This document shows, in pieces, positions 54,981 to 64,000 of a DNA stretch of 64,000 nucleotides. Source of the stretch: Octopus vulgaris (lineage: Eukaryota); assembly GCA_951406725.2 (NCBI GenBank), contig OX597823.1:57784001-57848000 (forward strand), in the 5' to 3' direction. The notes below the pieces were generated by a model. It did no database searches, was not told the DNA's origin, and saw nothing but the letters and a program-made list of their open reading frames with translations. The number at the start of each line of letters is the position of its first letter. Position 1 is the first letter of the stretch. Both the position numbers and the translations under genes were made by a program.

Positions 54981-55501
54981 AAGATAGATGCATACATACA
55001 CTCACACATTCACACACACTCACATGCACGCATAAACACAAACACACACATACACTCATCTGTACGCACACACACACACAAACAGATATATATTAATCAT
55101 TTTAATGTTAACTGGGACTCCAAGATTCGCCTTCACGGCTTTGAAACCGATTACTGTTTTTTGTGTGTGTGTGTATGTGTGTGTGTGTGTGTGTAAGTCG
55201 AAATAATATTTCGCATTCCATTGTGTGCATTTCTATTTTTTGGGATTGTATTGAAATGAAATTTAATTATATTGTATTTTATTGTTGCTTCGAGTTGGAG
55301 GCAAATCAGTGAGCCCTCATCACAATCACAAACATTATAACTATCATCGTTCTGTAGTTTTCAGTTAAGTTTTTAAGGAACTCGTTTATATAGGCTATAT
55401 ATATTTTTTAATTTCTGCTTCTAAATACATAATGATCGATACAAAAGTTTTTCGTGCACCCGAGAATAGATATGAATGTGCATACATACATACACAAACA
55501 C

Positions 55502-55532
<31 letters not shown>

Positions 55533-55943
55533 TGTGTGTGTGTATTTGTTCGTTTGTGTATATATATATGTATATATACATATATATATATGTATATATA
55601 TGTATATGTATATATGTATATATATATACACACATATATACATATGTTTATGTATATACATATGAATACATATATGTGCATATATGTATATATATGCATA
55701 TGTGTATATATATATATGTATATATACAGGTATATATAAATGTATATATGCATATAAATATATGTACATATATGTATATACGCATATATATATACATATG
55801 CATATATATGCGTATATATATATGTATATATATATATATATATATATAATGTAAAGTATAGAAGCCATCTTAGCATGGCTAACCACATAGGGGAGGGGGT
55901 GTTAGTAAGGGGGTGTTAAATCCCATTCTGAGATTTAATAATG

Positions 55944-55985
<42 letters not shown>

Positions 55986-56389
55986 GCATACATTATATAT
56001 ATATAGATATGTGTGTGTATTTGTGTGTGTACGTGTGTGAGTGTGTGCGTGCATATATATATATATATAGAGAGAGAGAGGGAAGCGTTTGTTTGTGGCA
56101 TTGTGTTTAAATATATGTGCAGGTGCGCTGGTGTTTGGTGTACGTGTAATTGTGTGCATATGTCCAATGTTGTGTATATTCTTGTGAGCGTCGGTGCACC
56201 TAATAGGATATCTGAAACAACTGGTTGTCACCAAGTATATCATCGTTGTTTTAAAAAATGTAACTAACTAATAAAGATTATTCCAAATTACTTTAATTCC
56301 ACAACGTCAGTTATATTACTTTTCCATTCAGCCATATTTTGTTATAGCATTCCATCCTGACAGTTTATAGTGAATATATTTCTACTTAC

Positions 56390-56465
56390 CAGAACATTCA
56401 TCCGGTTCAACGAATACTCTTCTTGTTTTAAAAAGGGTGCCACTAGAAATATTGATTCGTCCATT
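56390..56465 (-). other. Candidate 76-nt internal exon
   Basis: Minus strand tcatttcgttttgcag acceptor and ctg|gtaagt donor; two frames open (NGRINISSGTLFKTRRVFVEPDECS; MDESIFLVAPFLKQEEYSLNRMNVL). Confidence 0.35.
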
Positions 56466-57559
56466 CTGCAAAACGAAATGACATTTCACTGGGTCTATGA
56501 AAATACGACAAATTTATGAGTTCTGAAATAGACGGCAGTCACGGTTGTTCGTTTCCTGCGTAAAATATATTGTATTCGACCAGTCGGGTGGTGGTGGTGG
56601 TAGAGATGGCGGTGCAGGTCACCATGAAGATCCTTAGAACTAAGAATCATCTCGGATGTTAGGTTATGTAATCTGAGAAATTGTTACCTCTTACAGAAGC
56701 GACTAAATTAAGTCAGTGAGGATAAACATATACGCCAAGGATTTTATATATATATGAACATATAAATCAAAAGTAAAAAACACAACAAGGGGAAACCGTC
56801 AAAATATAACAAGCGGGAAAAGGACGACAGCACAACAACGGCAAAAAGGACATTGCCTCTGCAGTCGGAGTCCAGTATGTCCACGTAGTTTCGCCCAGTC
56901 CTCTCGAAACCGGCCGGTTAAAGGGCTTAAGCTAAACGTATTTAGCAAACGAATGTACATATACAAACACAAAGAAGTAACAAACAGAAAGAAGTGTATG
57001 TATGTATGTATGTGTGTGTATGTGTTTATGTATGTATGAATGTATGTATGTATGTATGTATGTATGTATGTATGTATGTATGTATGTATGTATGTATCAT
57101 GCGCAGAGACATAGAAATAAGTTTGAAGACAAAACTTGGTATGCTATTTATGACGGTAACCACAATTCACAGAGATATAGCGGTGAAAATGATCCTAACA
57201 AGGTTCAGATATGATTTGTAGAAAACAGCGCAGAAATATCAATCTAGGGATAGTGAATTAAACCTCGGCCTAGCTCAAGTAGCACTTAGTACAAGCAGGA
57301 ATACATTCATTAAATCAAAGACTGAAGGATTCGAAATGCTTCTACAATGAACGCCAGCATGCTGCTGCTTTGATATGTCTGAAGGAATTTACAAATTTGA
57401 GAGTATCTCTTACGAGCTGTGTTGTGGGGAAAACCAGTGATCAGTATCTAGATGTCTAGTCTTAAAACTTTATATGACTATTTGGTAAAGCAGATCTACG
57501 CAGATCCACACTTGACCACGATATTTTCTTCAACCACAATGTTGCAGATAACCTGCCAA

Positions 57560-58400
57560 CTGAGGTCAATGCATTCACCATAGAAAAGTTTAGAATATTG
57601 ATGAAGTTTAAGAAACATGCCCTCACCGAGCCCAGTAACATCGCAGCTATTATCTGAAAAAGTTAATGCTCCTTTAAATATCTCTTAAACTTATGTATAC
57701 ATACTTAAAAATATAACAAACCAACAAACTACTCGAAATTTTTATTCCGAACTACAGAGGTATCACACTTTCATATCTCGTCTGAAAATCTATTTTTCTA
57801 TGGTTCTTAATAGAATTTAAATTCACATGGATCTCATCCTAAGACAGAACCAAAACGACATTTATAAAGCCAGATTCTTGGCATTTGAAAAATCTATACA
57901 TGAGTTCAGAATGTGCAAGCAAAAAGCACCAATCTTATTTATGGATTTTTGCAAAGCATTTGGTTGTGTTTATAAAAAAAGGCATCTTACATATATATCC
58001 TCTTGTCCTATGGCAACCCCTATAAGGTTGTCAAACTCATGAATATCATGCACGAAAAACTACCACGTTTTAAACAAAGCAGAGGCACTACAACTAGGAT
58101 GTTTCAACAGCAGCAAAAAAAATTTCTAAGGAGGGGCCAAAATTCCTTATATTTTTGTGATCATAGTAGACTATATCTCTTGGCAAAGACTTCATCGTAA
58201 AACATAAGCAATCAAGGGGTCAGCAGAATATTTATATCTTTGACAACGACCAGGTTGATGATCCTGCCCTCACTGTTCAACAACTGTATAATGCATAAAA
58301 TTCGCTTGACACACCATAAGAATGCTGCGGCCAAACTCGATCTCTTTCTCGAGTCAAAGAAAACTAAATGCATGAACATCAGTGACAAAGATTCATTTAC
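57560..58400 (+). mobile_element. Highly degraded RTE-like LINE RT fragment
   Basis: NYRGITLS, ILRQNQN, LFMDFCKAF, SYGNPYKVVKLM, PYIFVIIVDY, KKTKCMNI. Confidence 0.7.
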
Positions 58401-58409
58401 CTGAACTGT

Positions 58410-58660
58410 CATTCCCTTCATCATCACCATCATCGTCATCATCATCTGCAGCTTCAGCATCATCATTATCATTGTCGTCACCGTCATCTCCATCCTCCTC
58501 CTCCTTCTCATGATGATGATGATGATGATGATGATGAAGATGATGGTGGTGGTGACGAAGATGATGGTGAGGATGATGTGTCATCAGCATCATAATGTTC
58601 GTCATCATTGTCATCACCGTCATTTATAGTAGTTGTAGCAGTAGTGGTCGTTGTAGAGTC
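58410..58660. repeat. Degenerate (CAT)n/(GAT)n microsatellite
   Basis: Direct inspection. Confidence 0.9.
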
Positions 58661-60064
58661 CAATAGTCCAATGTTTTTTTTTTTAAATTCCAACACCAAG
58701 GAAATGTTTTAGTTGAGAGAGTGAGGGTGAGTGAGACAGAGAGAGAAAGAGGGAGAGAGAGAGAGACGACCTCAATACACATCATCTTGATAATTGATTC
58801 GTTGACATTAACGACCTTAGTTAATCTGATATTGTTTATTGAAGCAATTGACTTATTTTTACCGTATAAGTAGACACAATTGAGACATTAAAATCTATAT
58901 CTAGACAGAGTTGTCCTCGCCGTTGTCTGGTCAAACCGAAGTTAAAAGTTGCTGACTGGAATACTTCAGCCATTATAACAATGAATATATTTCTAAATGT
59001 TACCTTTTGATAATTTACTATTGAACGGTAACCAATTTTGCTAGCGATGGAAACCGGCTGGAAATAATACTTCGATATTGATTATTTTATGACTTTTGGC
59101 ACCATCGCACGACCGACATCGTCGTAGCCCGTGAGGAGAGCAACTGGTCGCTAGTCTAAAGTCTTCTTTTCCTCCGACAATTACCTAAACCAATCTTCCC
59201 TGATGATTAATAATACAGAGTATAATGCACAGTAAGTAATGACTACGGACAAATGTATGTATATGTGTGTGTATGTATGTATATATATGCAAGTACATAT
59301 TTATGTATGTAAGTATTGTAGATATATGGTTGTATTTCTGTATATATATATATATATAACTACATATACATATGTACATATATAAACAGATATATTTATG
59401 TTTGTGTGTGTGTGTATATACATATAAAAGCTCATATAATTAAACATACATCTAAGTATATATTTGTACATTCGTGTACATATGTATATATTGGGAGATA
59501 ACGATACATACATGCATACAAACATACATACACATATATATATGTATGTATATATGTCTGCATCTATGTATATATATATATATATATACATATATATGTA
59601 TACATGCAAACATATATACTTGCATATGTATGTATGTACGTATGTATCTATCTATCTATTTATATGTATATATTATGCTCGTATGTACATACATAAGCAC
59701 ATCCACAAACAATCATATATATATTTAAATAAATAACTGTATATATGGGTAAGCGTCTATATAGGATCATACACACACACATACAATACTTGTAAGAAGT
59801 AAGTAGATATAAATACATTGTATGCTGACAAGACCCAAGGCGATATTTCTCCACACGTGTGCAAGATGGAGACACATCGTCGAATGGCGTCTGAAATGGC
59901 ATGAAAAACCACTTATAAAATTCACGAAATAAATAAGTTTGGAAAGATACCGGAAATAATACTAAAAATCATATAAAATATAAAGGCAACTTATGAAATA
60001 TATGTAAATATATATACATATATGTATGTGTGTGTGTGTGTGTGTATGTATGTTTCCTGCTTCC

Positions 60065-60150
60065 ATCTTTCCTGAGCGCCTATTAATAATAATACTGTAA
60101 TTGTTCCACGTGTTGTTGTTTTTTTCTGTTTTCCCGTTTGGATAAAAATT
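60065..60150 (+). mobile_element. 3' fragment of the 10735-10950 element family
   Basis: tttcctgagcgcc...aata...cacgt...gttgttgt...tttggataa ending at (TA)n. Confidence 0.55.
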
Positions 60151-60333
60151 ATATATATATATATATATATGTACGTATATATGTATATGTCTTTACATAC
60201 ACACACTCACACACATATAAATATATATCTTTCCATATATACATATATCTATATCTATCCATAAATACATATATACATATATATTTATTTATGTGCATGT
60301 ATATATGCACATACATAAATCTAGATATATTTA

Positions 60334-60412
<79 letters not shown>

Positions 60413-60471
60413 AATATGTTTAATAGAAAATGAGTCTAAAATCGATGTCGTCAGATTTACGTTGTATCATT

Positions 60472-60750
60472 TATCTTTCGTTTGTTTCAGTCATTGGATT
60501 ACGGCTATGCTGTAGCACCTGCCTGACGGACTTTAGTCGGACAAAGAGACCCCTGTACTCATTTATTTTTAAGCCTGTTACTTCTGTCGTTCTCTTTTTG
60601 CCGAACCGCTTCTTTTTAGTTTCTGTGTATGTAGCTTAATCACAAGGCTTTGGGTCAAATCAGCGATATAGTAGAAGACACTCGCTGAAGGTGCCGTACA
60701 ATGGGTTATAACTCCAGACCACATTGTTCGGAAGCAGGCTTCTTACTTTC
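60472..60750 (-). mobile_element. SINE family B, degraded
   Basis: ttgtttcagtcattgga..., tttttgccgaaccgct, tcacaaggcttt, tatagtagaagacact. Confidence 0.75.
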
Positions 60751-61122
60751 TTAACTACTCTTGTACCGAAAAAAAGGCAACATCCGGTACAAGTTAGGGA
60801 TGTGTGCTGTCAGCCAGAAGGTCCCTTCAGTTTGATTTTGTAGGGGAAAGTCTACCATCCATTGTTGCTCTGCCACTCATCTTTACGGTCTCACCGTATT
60901 AATTATTGCTGGTAGGTGAGTAGCATTGTGAACTGAAGAGATTTGATCAGATACACAACACAGCGCCCGTCCAAAAGTCTAAACACATTCTTATGATTAC
61001 GAGTGCAAAATCCTAGGCCACATTCTTCCACTACATGTGTGGAGGAATATACATGTGTGTTTGGATGTATTTCCAGTTTTATATATTTCTATTTCTATGT
61101 ATCTCGCTTTCTTACCCTCCCT

Positions 61123-61166
<44 letters not shown>

Positions 61167-61220
61167 TACTTGTAATAATACCGTGCGTATATATATATAT
61201 ATATATATATATGTAAGTAA

Positions 61221-61450
61221 GTTTTATAATTAGGAATATAATTATAATTAGGTTTCAGCAAAAAATTTGCTTCCCCACATACCGAAATAGCAGCCAAAAA
61301 ACTAGCTGTTTCTCTACCATAAGATAATCTCCCAGACAACATATACTCAAAGCAATCCACGTAGGCAAAGAGAAAAAGCAACGAAATTCACTCGGCATTT
61401 GATTAACTGTGAATGCGTTTTGGAGTTAGATATGAAAAATGCAAAAAATC
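61221..61450 (+). mobile_element. Partial copy of the long-TIR element at 61811-62195
   Basis: Collinear with 61811-62050. Confidence 0.8.
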
Positions 61451-61810
61451 GCATTTCCATTCCAATCATTCTCGCTCTTCAGCACAGTATTTCAAAATTT
61501 GAAATTTGAGAGCACTGAAAAAATTTGAACATACCTATCTGATAGAAGCACCATCAGACAAACTATATCCAATGACCAGTACCAACGAATTCTAAACATA
61601 CGAATGAGATCTCGTATTCTCTCTCACCTACCCACGCGTGTTATTGAGCAAAATTCCTACAGAAAAAACTGTAGTTTATTATCAGGGAGTGAATTATATT
61701 ATCAATAATAATAATAATGGATAAGATTAGTTAATTAATTAATAACTAATAATTCTACCAAGTAGTTTCGGCATGTTAAAAGAACCATTATCGGTAAATG
61801 TGAACAATAA

Positions 61811-62195
61811 TTTTTATAATTATGAATATAATTATAATTAGGGTTCAGCAAAAAAATTTGCTTCACCAAACACCAAAAGTTTAGAAATAGCAGCCAAACA
61901 CCTAGCTATTTCTCTACCATAAGAAAATCTCCCAGATAACATATACTAAAAAAAATTCACGTAGGCAAAGAGAAGAAAACAAAGAAATTCACTCGGCATT
62001 TGATTAACTGTGGATGCATTTTGGAGTGAGATATGAAAAATGCAAAAATTGTTTTTGAGTATATGTTATCTGGGAAATTTTCTTATGGTAGAGAAAAGGC
62101 TAGTTTCTTTGGTTGCTATTTCTAAATTTCGGTATGTGGTGAAGCAAAGTTTTTTGCTGAACCCTAATTATAATTATACACATAATTATAAAAAA
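61811..62195. mobile_element. Foldback/MITE-like element with ~140-bp TIRs
   Basis: 61811-61950 approximates the reverse complement of 62055-62195 (taattagggttcagcaaaaa...cccagataacatatact). Confidence 0.8.
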
Positions 62196-62216
62196 TATAT
62201 ATAAATATGTATATAA

Positions 62217-62279
<63 letters not shown>

Positions 62280-62581
62280 AATATAGAAATATATATATAT
62301 AGTTATATATAAATATCTATACATATAAACTTGACACAGGCGATTCTTTCTTGTCGTGGGATATACGGTCAAACGGCTGGGTGGAATTGCACGAAAAATT
62401 ACACAGATGTGATCCGCTAGTGATGCTGTGATTTGTATTTTTTCATAGCTTCCATGGTTAACGGGATAATCTTCTATAATAATAGTCTTGTGTTTATGAA
62501 TGAGAAAGGAAGGGTTGATAGATGAATAAGGAAGGAAGGGGTGACGTCATTTTTTCATAGCTCCCATGGTTACGCAGATAA

Positions 62582-63009
62582 TCTACTATAATAATACACT
62601 TGTGTTTATGAATGAGAAAGGAAGGGGTGAATTCATACTTTGTAATAGAATGATGAAAATTGTACGCTGAAAAAATAAATCAATCAACGTTTCAAGTCTG
62701 TGTGAATATATGTGTGTATCTAAAAAGGGGTATGTGCACGTGTGTGTGTGTTTGGGTGTGCGTGTGCGTGTGCGCACGCAATCGATGTGGTATGGTTCAA
62801 TCTTTGTTCGCTTAGTATTTGGGTTTATTTTTTGATTTGGTCGTTTTTTTTTTTGTTGGTCAGTTATTTTTTTATCGCTTTGATAGAAAAATTCATTCTA
62901 AAATTGATTTTGAACGTAAGCATGCCCAAACAGGTCGAATGCTTACACAGAGCAGGTTTTCCAGCCTCATCATCCAAACCGACCGGGTGAAACCGGGTTT
63001 AGCTGCTAG
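62582..63009 (+). mobile_element. Non-autonomous Helitron A
   Basis: A|TCTACTATAATAATA start; CCGG-GTGAAA-CCGG hairpin then CTAG|T. Confidence 0.65.
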
Positions 63010-63031
63010 TATATATATATATATATATATA

Positions 63032-63407
63032 TCTATATAAACGGCAGTTTGTCTGTGCGTGTTTCTGTGTGTCTGTTTGGTTGTACCCTCACCCTGACCA
63101 CGGCTTTCAACCAATTCTGATGAAACTTGACACACACATAGCCCAATGTCATAATTCAAAACTAACGCAGCGAAAATTTTGAAAAGTTCCCCCAGTTCTG
63201 AAAAAAATCGATAAATTCGACATGGGGTCGAGAATCAGAAACAAAAACCGCAAACTGTCTAGGGGACGCAACTCCACCTTTTTTAACTAAAATAAAAATT
63301 TACCATCATTTTTTTCCATGTTTTTGCTATTTTTTGGCTATAACTCTCTAAAAATGCTTTATAGTTATTTCCCTTACAAACCTGAGCAACGCCGGGCGAT
63401 ACTGCCA

Positions 63408-63408
<1 letters not shown>
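63032..63408 (+). mobile_element. Non-autonomous Helitron B
   Basis: A|TCTATATAAA start, subterminal gtctgt repeats, CCTG-AGCAACGC-CGGG hairpin, CCAG|T end (CTAG variant), within (TA)n. Confidence 0.75.
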
Positions 63409-63447
<39 letters not shown>

Positions 63448-64000
63448 TTACACATATTGCAGTGTGGATGGACACATGTTTTCTCTTCATTAAGGTTCGT
63501 CAGGATCGTTTACATCGTATGTAAACTTGCGAATAATATACCGTTTCTAAGAAAATGTCAACAATCTAGAAAATGAATATTTTCATTTACATAATGTCTC
63601 AAATTTTCCGACTGAGATTTAATATTAAATCTTTCAGCGTGCCGTTGTTTTGAATAAATATGTGTACGAAAATTATATACAAAATTTTTTATGAAAAATA
63701 TAATTATTCTTCATTATGAAATTGAAACAGTTAAATAATTCAGAGGAACTTCGTAACACCTATTCTTGAGAGAAATTATATTTGCACCGAGAAATTTATG
63801 GTTATAATAGTTATTGTATACGAATTACTCAAAACTGGGTCGGGTTGGTATCTTTTCTACTAAATCCAAACATTTACTGTGGCTGTTCTCTAAATTAATT
63901 TACGCTTATGGAATATAGTATTTATGCTCTTAATAAATTTTTTTTTTTGTTATTCCCATTGCTGTGGGGGTAACGTAAGCGAAGAATTTTGAGGAAAACG

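Noticed and set aside
58393-58699. His-rich, Asp-rich and Ser-rich ORFs
   Set aside because: Translations of (CAT/GAT)n microsatellite

Overview
Very AT-rich, repeat-saturated animal genomic DNA. The SINE and microsatellite landscape resembles an octopod cephalopod (Octopus); this is inference only. No intact host gene is visible, and nearly all long ORFs in the track are artefacts of (TA)n, (CA)n, (TACA)n and (AAT)n repeats. Real content: about 20 copies of two tRNA-derived SINE families plus three rarer tRNA-headed elements; decayed non-LTR retrotransposons (R4/Dong, L1/Tx1, two RTE, two CR1-group); a 5'-truncated Penelope-like element with an uninterrupted 446-aa RT plus GIY-YIG frame; Tc1/mariner remnants, MITEs and two non-autonomous Helitrons; one candidate 76-nt exon. 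The most interesting signal is a set of short non-coding elements next to (TA)n tracts that carry minimal type I hammerhead-ribozyme folds with non-canonical cores: a G3-C8 swap at 30517-30566, U3-A8 at about 10817, and A6U at about 23963 and 48713. These may be non-autonomous, retrozyme-like partners of a Penelope element. Also notable are a sequence-variable 3' stem-loop shared by a SINE and the CR1-group LINE, and a tRNA-headed element with fold-back palindromes at both ends. Coordinates were read by eye and element edges are approximate.
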